64,000 nucleotides of DNA. Source: the human T2T-CHM13v2.0 reference genome, Homo sapiens. The translations under genes were made by a program, and so were the position numbers. Below the pieces are notes generated by a model. It searched no databases. It had not been told where the DNA came from and saw only the letters and a list, made by a program, of their open reading frames with translations. The DNA lies in assembly GCF_009914755.1 (NCBI RefSeq), contig NC_060928.1. One strand, written 5' to 3'. Positions 53,371 to 64,000 of this stretch are shown in pieces; position 1 is the stretch's first letter; every line of letters starts with the position of its first letter.

Positions 53371-53576
53371 TTTCTTTTCTTTTCTTTTCTTTTTTTGGAA
53401 GTACTGCAATATCAAGTCAATGTGTGGAGGCATGGAGCAAGTGGGGCAACTTTCTAGTCCATCTCCTAGTTCCAAAAGTCCATTTAATATGTTGTCTCAG
53501 ATAAGGGATATATCACATATTAAACTGACAAGAACAGATACTGCAGTTGCTCTTAGCCAAAAGACCAGGAAGTGAT
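53371..53576 (-). pseudogene. RNU2: U2 snRNA retropseudogene with A-rich tail (53371-53396); pseudogene number unknown
   Basis: Reverse complement ATCACTTCCTGGTCTTTTGGCTAAGAGCAACTGCAGTATCTGTTCTTGTCAGTTTAATATGTGATA...ATATTAAATGGACTTTTGGA...TATTGCAGTACTTCCA is colinear with U2; branch-recognition and Sm sites mutated. Confidence 0.95.
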
Positions 53577-53867
53577 CTTCAACATTTCTTTATTTTATTT
53601 CTTCTCTTTTGGAAACATTATGAGACACCTGTTGAATACTTGGCTTGATCTCTCCTTTAAAAATTTTTTGTTTTCCTATTTTTTGTATTTTGACTTTTTG
53701 TTATATTTTCTATTATATTACATAAATTTAATCTTTTAGTAATTGAAGAAACATTCTATTTTATTTATAATTCACCATATTTTAATTACTTGATTTCTAA
53801 ATTCTGTTTTCATATATGTCCACTTGTGGAACTTTGGGTGCAAAAGGTTATCTAATTACTCTGAGGA

Positions 53868-54315
53868 CATGATGGTTAACACTAAGTGTTAACTTGATTG
53901 GATTGGAGGATACAAAGTATTGTTCCTGGGTGTATCTGTGAGGGCATTGCCAACGGAGTTTAACATTTGAGTCAGTGGGCTGGGAAAGGCAGACTCACTT
54001 TTAATCTGGGTGGGCCCAATCTAATCAGCTGCCAGTATGGCCAGAATAAAAAGCAGGGTGAAGTATGTGAAAAGATGAGCCTGGCTTAGCCTCCCAGCCT
54101 ACATCTTTCTCCCATGCTGGATGCTTCCTGCCCTTGTACATCAGACTGCAAGTTCTTCAGCTTTGGGACTTGGACAGGTTTCTTTGCTCCTCAGCTTGCA
54201 GACATCTGATTGTGGGACCTTGTGATTATGTGAGTTAATACTCCTTAATAAACTTGCCTTTATATATACCTCTATCTTATTAGTTCTGTCTCTCTAGAGA
54301 ACCCTGACTAATACA
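53868..54315 (+). mobile_element. HERV-L 5' LTR (MLT2A1-type)
   Basis: TGATGGTTAACACTAAGTGTTAACTTGATTGGATTG...CTCTAGAGAACCCTGACTAATACA. Confidence 0.95.
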
Positions 54316-54320
54316 GATTT

Positions 54321-54335
54321 TGGTACCAGGAGTGG
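54321..54335 (+). other. Primer binding site complementary to the 3' end of tRNA-Leu
   Basis: TGGTACCAGGAGTGG just downstream of the 5' LTR. Confidence 0.88.
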
Positions 54336-54384
54336 TGCTAGAGGAAAACAATGTTAAGGATAAAGTCCTTTCATTTGTTTTGAG

Positions 54385-56120
54385 TTTTCTGGAGTTGGCT
54401 GCTTAATATGATTAGACCCCAAAATGCTAAGGAATCTACTTCTAATAGTATGGAGAGCACTGATTGTCCTTGGTGTGAAGTGTTTAGAGAGAGTTATGCA
54501 AAATAAATGCATTTGACACTCTTGATTCACCACTCATGAGAAGCAAGGAGTTTTGTGACTCTGTACATAATACCTTTGATAATATGCAGAGAACCAAGGA
54601 CCATAATGAAGCTGGTTGGTTGCTCCTAAGTTCACTGGGCAAAGTGATGAAAGAAAATTATGAACTCAGTGATTCTAACTCCCTGCTTCAGAAGCAGAAA
54701 TAGAGCCTGAAATCTTCTAATCTAATCTACTAAGATTTCCCTGAGTGACAGTCTTATCTCCTATAGAGAAAGAGCTGAAATTGTGGAAAAACAGACACAA
54801 GCTCTTATCATGAGAGTGGCTGACTTGCAACAAAAGGTGCATGCACAGCCTCACCAGGTGTCTGCTGTTAAAATGAGGGCATTGATTGGAAAAGAATTGG
54901 ACCCTGCAACTTGGAATGGGGATGTGCGGGAGGACCCTGATGAATCTGGAGACATTCAGCTTGTAATCTCTGATGAAACTTTTTTTGCCAGAAGAAACAG
55001 CTTCCACATCCCCAATAGTGGCAACATCCCCTACCAGACCCACACTGCCATCAGCCTCTCCACCTTCGTCTGAGGAGATAGACTCTGTGCTGCCTCAGGC
55101 AATAGTGGTGGCTTCCCCTGAGGCAGTTGCCAGGCAAGACAATGTTGATTCTCCTCAGGGCCCATCCCAACAACGCTGCTTGCTTCTAGAACTATAACTA
55201 GAGTAAAGTCCCAGCAAGACCCTAGAGATGAGGTTCAGAGTTTGATCCACAAGGAGGTGTGCTACACTCCAAAAGAACTGCTTGAGTTTTCTAATTTATA
55301 TAAGCAGAAATCTGGAAAACAGGCATGAGAAAGGATATTAAGGGTGTCAGATAATAGTTGAAGGAACATAGAATTGGATCATGCTGAATTTATTGATTTG
55401 GGGCCACCAAACATGGATACTCCATTTAATGTTTCAGCTTGGGAAGTTAAAAAAGGTTCTAATAGTGTATTTGGTTGGTTAGCTTAAATATTAATTAAAA
55501 GATGGCCCACTGTAAGCAAGCTGGAAATGCCAGATCTCCCTTGGTTTAATGTAGAAGAAGAAACCCAAAGGCTTAGGGAGATTGGGATGCTGGAGTGGAT
55601 CAGCCACTTTAGACCTACTCATCCCAGCTTGGAGGGTCCAGAAGATATAACCCTGTTTAATACTCTGCAAACCAGATTTGTGAGGCAGCACCTGCATCCT
55701 TGAAGAGCTCTGTGATTCCTCTTTTCTGCATGCCAGATCTTACAGTAAAAACTGTAGTTACTCAACTACACAATTTAAATGCAATAGGAATAATTTGGCC
55801 CCAAAGTGGCAGGGGCCAAGTGGTGGCACTCACCCATCAAAGGCGATTTGATCATAGCTATCATAATGGACAGCAGAGGCAAAGCGGCAATCAGAAGAGC
55901 CTGACTTCTGCAGAACTCTGGCATTGGCTAATTAATCATTGTGTTCCTAGAAGTGAAATTGATAGGGAGCCTACCGCATTCTTATTTAATTTATATGAGC
56001 AGAAAACTTCCAGGTCGAGTGCACAAAAGACTAATTTGATTTATAACAACAGAGAATCATGGCCCCTCATCAATTTCCAGACTTGAACCAGTTTACAGAC
56101 CCAGAATCCCTTGAATGAAG
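54385..56120 (+). pseudogene. HERV-L gag, multiply disrupted
   Basis: ORF pieces 54783-55073 (ALIGKELDPATWNGDV), 54973-55197, 55700-56086 (ELWHWLINH.VPRSEID). Confidence 0.88.
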
Positions 56121-56592
56121 GGGAGTCAGCATCCCCTTGAGAAAGAACCTCACTACACTACCAACAATTTATGCTGTTTTTCTTTTTCTCATCCTTCCCC
56201 AAGGAGACCTATGGCCTTCTACCAGGGTAACTTCAATGGGCAAAGGGAAATGATCAGACATTTCAGGGACTGCTGGACACTGGCTCTGAGCTGATGTTGA
56301 TTCCAGGGGACCCAAAATGTCATTGTGATCCTCCAGTTAAAGTCGGGGCTTATGGTGGTCAGGTAATTAATGGAGTTTTAGCTTAGGTCTGACTTACAGT
56401 GGGTCCAGTGGGTTCCCAGACTCATCCTGTGGTCACTTCCCCAGTGCCATAATGCATAATTGGCACAGACATACTAAGCAGCTGACAGAACCCCTAATTG
56501 ACTCCCTGACTGGTAAGGCAAGGGCTACTATGGTGGGAAAGGACAAATGGAAGCCATTAGAGTTGTCTGTACCTAGAAAAATAGTGAATCAA

Positions 56593-57650
56593 TATCAGGG
56601 GAAACCAGCCCCCAATATTCAACGTGGGTTCTTTTCTATTTCCCTAAGTGTCAGCCAGTCTGAGAAATAAAGGGAAAGAGAACAAAAGAGAGAAATTTTA
56701 AAGCTGGATGTACTGGGGAGGCATCACATGTTGGCAGGTTCCGTGATGCCCCCCAAGCCACAAAACCAGCAAGTTTTTATTAGTGATTTTCAAAAGGAGA
56801 GGGAGTGTACGAATAGGGTGTGGGTCACAGAGATCACGTTTTAAGAGCAATAAAAGATCACAAGGCAGATGAGCAGGGCAGGATCACAGGACCGGGGCAA
56901 AATTAAAATTGCTAATGAAGTTTTGGGCACGCATTGTAATTGATAGCATCTTACGAGGAGACGGGGTTTGAGAGCAGACAACCTGCCTGACCAAAATTTA
57001 TTAGGCAGGAATTTCCTTGTCCTAATAAGCCTGGGAGCCCTACCGGAGACTGGGGCTTATTTCATCCCATATCTACAACTGTAAAAGACAGACGTCCCCA
57101 AAGTGGCCATTTCAGAGGCCTCCCCTTGGGAACACATTCTCTTTCTCAGGGATATTCCTTGCTGAGAAAAAGAATTCCGTTCCATATTTCTCCTATTTGC
57201 TTTTGAAAGAAGAGACATATGGCTCTGTTCTGCCCAGCTCTTAGGCAGCCAGACCTAATGGTTATCTCCCTTGTTCCCTGAACATTGCTGTTATCCTGTT
57301 CTTTTTTTTAAGGTGCCCAGATTTCATGTTGTTCAAACACACATGCTTTACGAACAGTTTGTGCAGTTAATGCAATCATCACAGGGTCCTGAGGCGACAT
57401 TCATCCTCAGCTTAAGAAGATGATGGGATTAAGAGATTAAAGTAAAGACAGGCATAGGAAATCACAAGAGTATTGATTGGGGAAGTGATAAATGTCCATG
57501 AAATCTTCACAATTTATGTTCAGAGATTGCAGTAAAGACAGGCGTAAGAAATTATAAAAGTATTAATTTGGGGAACTAATAAATGTCCATGAAATGTTCA
57601 CAATTTATGTTCTTCTGCCATGGCTTCAGGGTCCCTGACTTCCTGCAACA
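56593..57650 (-). mobile_element. MER11 solo LTR (HERV-K11/HML-8) nested in HERV-L pol
   Basis: Reverse complement begins TGTTGCAGGAAGTCAGGGACC, has the duplicated AACATAAATTGTGAA..TTTCATGGACATTTAT block, ends GGTTTCCCCTGATA; perfect 6-bp TSD AATCAA. Confidence 0.95.
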
Positions 57651-60421
57651 AATCAAAAACAATATCACATCCCTGGAGGGATAGTGGAGATTAGTGCAAC
57701 CATAAAGGAATTGAAAGATGCAGGAGTGGTTATTCCCACCACATCCCCATTCAACTCTCCTATTTGGCCTGTGCAGAAGACAAATGGATCTTGGAGAATG
57801 ACAGTGGATTATCCTAAGCTTATCCAAGTGGTGACTCCAGTTACAGCTGCTGTACCAAATGCAGTTTCATTGCTTGAGCACATTAATACATCTCCTGGTA
57901 CCTGTTATGCAGCCATTGATTTGGCAAATGCCGTTTTCTCCATTCCTGTCCATAAGGCTCAACAGAAGCAATTTGCCTTCAGCTGGTAAGGCCAGCAATA
58001 TACCTTTACTGTCCTACCTCGGGATATATTATCTCTCTGGCTTTGTGTCATAATCTTTTTCATAGAGACCTGATTACTTTTCCCTTCCACAAGATACCAC
58101 ACTAGTCCATTACATTTATGACATTATGCTGATTGGATCCAATGAGTGAGAAGTAGCAAACACACTGGACTTATTGGTGAGACATTTGCATGCCAGAGGA
58201 TGGGAAATAAATTTGACTAAAATTCAGGGACCTTCTACCTCAGTAAATTTCCAGGGTTCCAGTGGTGTGGGGCCTGTTGAGATATTCCTTTTAAGGTAAA
58301 AGATATGTTGCTGTATTTGGCCCCTCCTACAACCAAGAAAGATGCCCAATGCCTAGGGGGCCTGTGCAGATTTTGGAGACGATGCATTCCTCATTTGGAT
58401 GTGTTACTCCGGCCCATTTATCAAGTGACCCAAAAGGCTGCCAGTTTTGAGTAGGGTCCAGAACAAGAGAAGGCTCTGCAACAGGTCCAGGCTGCTGTGC
58501 AAGCTGATCTGCCACTTGGGCCATATGACCCAGCATATACAATGGTGCTTGAAGTATCAGCGGTAGATAGGGATGTTTTTGGAGCCTTTGGCAGGCCACC
58601 ATACAGTGGAGGCCTCTAGGATTTTGGAGGAAGGACTTGCCATCTTCTGCAGATAACTACTATCCTTTGATAAACAGCTCTTGGCCTGTTACTGGGCTTT
58701 GGTGGAAACTGAATGTTTAACTATGGTCATCCAGTCTCCATGAGACCTGAACTGCCTATCACAAACTGGATGCTTTCTGACCCATCTAGCCATAAAGTAG
58801 GGTGTGCACCTCAGCATTCCGTCATCAAATGGAAGTGGTATATGCGTGATAGGGCTCAAGCAAGTCCTGAAGGCACAAGTAAGTTACATGATGAAGTGGC
58901 CCAAATGCCCATGGTCTCCACTCCTGCCATCCTGCCTTCTCTCCCCAAGCCTGCACTGATGGCCTCATGGGGAGTTTCCTATGATCAGTTGACAGAGGAA
59001 GAGAAGACTAGGGCCTGGTTCACAGATGGTTCTGCACTATATGCAGGCACTCCCCCACCCCGAAAGTGGACAGCTGCAGCACTGTAACCCCTTTCTAGGA
59101 TATCCCTGAAGGACAGTGGTGAAGGGAAATCTTCCCCTTGGGCAGAACTTGGAGCAGTGCACCTGGTTGTGCACTTTGCATGGAAGAAGAAATAGTCAGA
59201 TGTGCAATAATATAATATACTGATTCATGGGCTATAGCCAATTAATGGTTTGGCAGGATGGTCAGGGACTTGGAAGAAGCATGATTGAAAAGTTGTTGAC
59301 AAAGACATTTAGGGAATAGGTATGTGGATTGTCCTCTCTGAGTGGTCAAAAAATGTGAAGATATTTTATCCCATTTGAGTGCTCACCAATGGGTGACCTC
59401 AGCAGAGGAGGATTTTAATAATCAAATGGATAGGATGACCTGTTCTGTGAACACCACTCAGCCTCTTTCCCCAGCCACCCTTGTCATCGTCCAGTGGGCC
59501 CGTGAACAATGTGGCCATGGTGGCAGGGATGGAGGTTAGGCATGGCTCAGCAACATGGACTTCCACTCACCAAGGCTTACCTGGCTACGGCCACTGGTGA
59601 GTGTGCGCAATTTGCCAGTGGCAAAGACCAACACTGAGTCCTTGATATGACACCATTCCTAAGGGTGATCAGCCAGCTACCTGGTGGCAGGTTGATTCTA
59701 TTGGACCTCCTCCATCATGGAAAGGGCAGCAGTTTGTCCTCACTGATGCACGCTTATTTGGGATATGGATTCACCTATTCTGCATGCAATGCTTCTGCTA
59801 AGACTACTATCGGTGGACTCACGGAATGCCTTATCTGCTGTCATGGTATTTCATGCAGCATTGCCTCTGACCAAGCCACTCACTTTATGGCTAAAGAAGT
59901 TGAGCAGTGGGCTCACGTTCATGGAATTCACTGGGTTTACCATATTCCCCATCATCCTGAAGGAGTTGGATTGATAGAATGGTGGAATGGCCTTTTGAAG
60001 TCACAATTACAACACAAATTAAGTGACAACAATTTGCAGGGCTGGGGCAAAGTTCTGGAGAAGGCCGTGTATGCTCTGAACCAGCACCCAATATATGGTA
60101 CTGTTTCTCCCATGGCCAGAATTCATGAGTCCAGGTATCAAGGGGTGGAAATGGAAGTGGCAACACCTGCCATCACCCCAGTGACCCACAAGGAAAATTT
60201 TTGCTTCCTGTTCCTGCAACATTACATTCTGCTGGCCTACAGATCTTAGTTACAGAGGTAGGAACCCTGCCACCAGGAGACACAACAACGGTTCCATTAA
60301 ACTGGAAATTAAGAATGCAACCTGGACACTTTGGACTCCTCCTAACTTTAAGCCAACAGGCTAAGAAAGGAGGTACGGCGTTGGCTAGGGTGGTTGACAC
60401 AGACTATCAAGATGAAATCAG

Positions 60422-60718
60422 AGACTGGCACAGTGGTGCACACCTGTAATCCCAACACTTTTGGAGGCTGAGGCGGGCAGATCTCCTGAGGTCAGGAGTT
60501 CGAGGCTAGCCTGGCCAACATAGTGCAACCCTGTCTCTACTAAAAATACAAAAAAATTAGCCAGGCGTGGTGGTGGGTGCCCATAATCCCAGCTACTTGG
60601 GAGGCTGAGGCACGAGTTCTCTTGAACCCGGGAAGCAGAGGTTGCAGTGAGCCGAGATTGTGCTATTGCACTCCAGCCTGGGTGACAGAGCAAGACTCCT
60701 TCTCAAAAAAAAAAAAAA
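60422..60718 (+). mobile_element. AluS inserted in HERV-L dUTPase
   Basis: Full dimer with poly(A); perfect 13-bp TSD AAGATGAAATCAG. Confidence 0.96.
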
Positions 60719-60917
60719 AAGATGAAATCAGTCTGCTATTCGACATCGGAGGTAAGGAAGAGTATGTATGGAATATAGGAGATTCATTAGGGAGTATCTT
60801 AGTATTACCAAGCCCTGTGATTAAGGTCATTGGGAAACCACAACAGCCCAATCTAGGCAAGACCACAAATGGCCCAGACCCTTCAGGAATGAAAGTTTGG
60901 GTCACTCCACCAGGAAA

Positions 60918-60920
<3 letters not shown>

Positions 60921-60956
<36 letters not shown>
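60921..60956 (+). repeat. (CAA)12 microsatellite inside HERV-L
   Basis: Directly visible, uninterrupted. Confidence 0.97.
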
Positions 60957-61378
60957 AAACATGACCTGCTGAGGTGCTTGCTAAAGGCAAAGGGAATACA
61001 GAATCGGTAGTAGAAGAAGCTAGTCATCAATACCAGCTATATCCACGCGACCAGCTACAGAAATGAGGACTGTAATTGTCATGAATATTTCCTCCTTCTT
61101 TTGTTAAAAACATATTTGTGCATGTATACATTTGTACTAAGAAAATATGTTCATTTTTTCCTTTATCATGTGACATAAGATTTATTGACTTCATATCAGC
61201 ATTTAAGTGATGTTAACTTTATGTAATAGCATTTGGGTTGGTAATTGGTGTGTTTCCGTTTGTACGAAGGAGAGTTGTATTATGTTAGGTATAATTATGA
61301 CCTTATTATTATCTTTCTTTGAAGATTATAGATGATTTCAGGAGATGTGTATGGCTTCAAATTGACAAGGTTTGCACT

Positions 61379-61818
61379 GGTGATGGTTAATACTGAGTGT
61401 CAACTTGATTGGATTGAAGGATACATAGTATTGTTCCTGGCTGTGTCTGTGAGGGTGTTGCCAAAGGAGATTAACATTTGAGTCAGTGGACTGGGAAAGG
61501 CAGATCCACCCTTAACCTGGGTGGGCACAATCTAATCAGTGTGGCCAGAATATAAAGCAGGCAGAAGAACGTGCAAAGGGGAGACTGGCTTATCCTCCCA
61601 GCCTACATCTTTCTCCTCTGCTGGGTGCTTCTTGCCCTCAAACATCAGACTCCAAGTTCTTCAGTTTTGGGACATGGACAGACTTCCGTGCTCCTCAGCT
61701 TGCAGATGACCTATTGTGAGATCTTGTGATAGTGTGAGTTAATACTCCTTAATAAACTCCCTTTATATATACATATATCCTATTAGTTCTCTCCCTCTAG
61801 AGAGCCCTGACTAATAAA
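61379..61818 (+). mobile_element. HERV-L 3' LTR (MLT2A1-type)
   Basis: Direct repeat of 53868-54315; AATAAA present; preceded by a decayed PPT. Confidence 0.95.
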
Positions 61819-63414
61819 GAGGTTATTCTTGCTGTGTATGATATATATTATACATCAATATAAATATACACAAATATATATGTGATCTGTTTAAGAATAT
61901 ATTTAAATGTTCACAGACATATAAAACTGTATTATTCTGTTAAGACTTATGTAATATAAGCTTTGGTCTCTGACTTCCACATTAGATCTTTTTCCTAATA
62001 ATCTCTGAATGCTTAGAATTTTGCCAAAATTTAAGGAAGCACATCATGGACCTACAAAAGTTTTTACTCGTCGTTCTTCACCACACCTAGTGTCTAGCCA
62101 TCCTACCATTTCATTGGCACTCAGCCCTCCCTCATCACACCTTGCCTGCCTCCGGGTCCTTATTTCTAGAGATTTTTTTCTTTGGCTAATCAATTTCCCA
62201 AGTAAAATAATTTTTCAGTCTTCTGCCTGAAGTTTATTAGTCTAGCTATCAATACTTTTGGAGCTTAGTGGGCAAGGAAATAAAGAGGTCTCCCTTTTCA
62301 TTATGCAATTTTCATTTTATCTCTCTTTTTATTATAGTGCTTTACTTCTGTCCTCTAACATACCTGACTATGTTTCTAATCTTTCTATCTCAAGTTTTCT
62401 ATAAACTTTACACATTATAGGCTGCAAATGGAGCAAATACCACTTCATTATGAGAGAGAGAGAGAAAATGGTAGTGTCTTAGCTTTTTGTAAAGATATAT
62501 AACTAATTTATCTTCTTTATCTCCACACCCTCAGCCCCACAATAAGAAGTTGGTGGCTGCAATTGTTAAGTATTCCTGAGATTATGCAACTTGAATTTTG
62601 TGCAAGATTCCCACCACTGCCAACCTTCACATTTATATTTTAGCTTCTCTGCTCTGCTAAGCCAGGTACTAATGGTTTGTTGCTTTCCTTCCTTAAATAT
62701 CATTGATATTATTCATCTCCTGTCATCTCATCTTGTATTCTCACTGAACCTGTATGTTTAAATAATTTTTGTTAATTATCTTTCTGCAAGTCTTTAAGAG
62801 CTGTTAGAAATACACATGTGTATTCAATTATCCAAATGTACCCAGACAAAGCATCTATTTGGATTTTATTTTCTAATCCAATTTCATGGGGTTTGTATTT
62901 TAGCACTGATATTTATTTTCCTAATTGTATTGTGTCATTAACTCATGACATGAAGTCTTCTGCTGACATACTCTGTGTTCACTGTTTACCAGCTCTGCTA
63001 ACTCCATGTTCCCAGCTGATTTAGTTACAGAGCAGTTCTAGGATCAGAAAAGAACAGTCTGAGATAGTGTACAGCATTGTCTAACTCTTTCTGCAGATAT
63101 TGATGTAACATGGGCTGTTTAATGGTGTAATCTCCACTGTACAGTTGCTATTGATCTCTTCCAGTGAGTCAACATGTACTTGGTTTATTCTGAAGTCATT
63201 TAAACAATAGAGGAAGACTAGAGATTTCACAGTCAAATTACATCCTTTAGTCTATTACTAATATGCAAAAGAGCAATGTTTAATATTCTATACACTCTTC
63301 ACTTAGCTGTCAAGACTGGCTAATGGAGTTCTCTGATAAGAATCATAAATTAAAATTAAGATTGGATGCTGTGTGGTCGTCGTTAACCTTGCTCTATTCA
63401 TGTAACAATAAAAA

Positions 63415-63564
63415 GGCTGTTAAGAATAAGGCTCTGAAGCCAGACTACAAGTGTTACAATTCTGACTATGTCACTTACTTGTATGCAATTTTGGGCAAAT
63501 TTCCTAATCTCTTGGGCTTTAATTTCTTCTTCTTTAAAATGTAAATAATAGTGCCTCTCAGGGT
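63415..63564 (+). mobile_element. MIR SINE, truncated by the following L1
   Basis: GGCTCTGAAGCCAGACT...CACTTACT...TTGGGCAAATTTCCTAATCTC...TAAAATGTAAATAATAGTGCCT. Confidence 0.8.
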
Positions 63565-63574
63565 AGGGGTTGGG

Positions 63575-64000
63575 GTGTGATGTCAGTAGGATGGCAGAAT
63601 AGGAGGCTACTGACTGTCTCTCCTCCCACAGACTCAGTAAATAAACATCTACACACGGATCAATTCTCTTCGAGAAAAAGCCACAGACTAGTTTGAGAGA
63701 GTCCTCCACGCAGTACAGCTGATAAAATATTCACAGCAAAAGATAGAAAAATCTGATAAACCCTTGCACACAAAACCCACCTCAGACTCAGCACCTTGCA
63801 ATTGGAAAAGAACCCTCAACTCCCAGTTTCTCCTTGAGGAGTAAAGAGTTTTGGCCGCACATACAGAACCCCAACTTTTATGGATTTTACCAGGGGATCT
63901 GACTCTTAAATCACCTGTCTCTAGAAGTGGAATGGACATGGCATTATGAGTTTCCTCGATCCTCAGGGAACGAGGAGGTGATTTTGAATGGGCATATTAA
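63575..64000 (+). mobile_element. 5' end of an old L1M, continuing beyond the window
   Basis: GTGATGTCAGTAGGATGGCAGAATAGGAG start motif followed by L1M 5'UTR-like sequence. Confidence 0.65.

Larger units (their letters stand above)
56200..61066 (+). pseudogene. HERV-L pro-pol (PR, RT, RNase H, IN) plus dUTPase, disrupted and interrupted by MER11 and Alu
   Basis: DTG 56276-56284; 57684-57989 [23 protein letters not shown]; YIDD mutated to YIYD at 58111-58122; 58713-59087; 59647-60249; 60201-60449 dUTPase-like. Confidence 0.93.
53868..61818 (+). mobile_element. Complete decayed HERV-L provirus (LTR-gag-pro-pol-dUTPase-LTR, no env)
   Basis: Two MLT2A1-type LTRs, tRNA-Leu PBS, protease LLDTGS, RT, RNase H AWFTDGS, integrase SDQ..HF/IE..NG, dUTPase; 5-bp TSD GAGGA/GAGGT. 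Confidence 0.97.

Noticed and set aside
53396-53576. Functional U2 snRNA gene or variant
   Set aside because: Branch-recognition and Sm sites mutated, 3' end truncated, A tail present, and no snRNA promoter recognisable upstream.
54321-54335. tRNA-Leu gene fragment
   Set aside because: It is the retroviral primer binding site; no cloverleaf.
57420-57612. ~80-bp direct repeats resembling an array
   Set aside because: Intrinsic internal duplication of the MER11 LTR.
54385-61066. Coding-competent HERV-L or an Fv1-like domesticated gag
   Set aside because: Many stops and frameshifts, RT YIDD changed to YIYD, two insertions; the longest gag piece is only ~130 codons.

Overview
This is not prokaryotic DNA. 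It is AT-rich primate (most likely human or other hominoid) genomic sequence, gene-poor and dominated by interspersed repeats, so it is intergenic or deep-intronic. I recognise no cellular protein-coding gene, tRNA, rRNA or CRISPR array; almost every long ORF in the track derives from L1, ERV/MaLR, Alu or microsatellite sequence. Main contents: (1) a nested minus-strand L1 stack at ~9.5-20.9 kb, in which a full-length old L1PA13-16-type element is interrupted by an AluS and by a younger L1PA5-7-type element that keeps its 5'UTR and an open antisense ORF0 but has lost its 3' end; (2) a complete THE1 MaLR (22656-24884) and a second one lacking its 3' LTR (40157-42073); (3) a complete but decayed HERV-L provirus with MLT2A1-type LTRs (53868-61818), carrying a MER11 (HML-8) solo LTR in pol and an Alu in dUTPase, all inside a fragmented HAL1; (4) a U2 snRNA retropseudogene (53371-53576); (5) many solo LTRs, Alus, MIR/L2/L1M relics and microsatellites. 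The largest mostly unique stretch (~2.8-8.9 kb) has candidate splice sites and a small CpG-enriched patch. I find no convincing previously undescribed biological system. The best leads are LTR- or L1-driven candidate transcripts, de novo ORFs and repair scars. Subfamily names come from recalled consensus sequences and need RepeatMasker/Dfam confirmation; boundaries of old elements are approximate.
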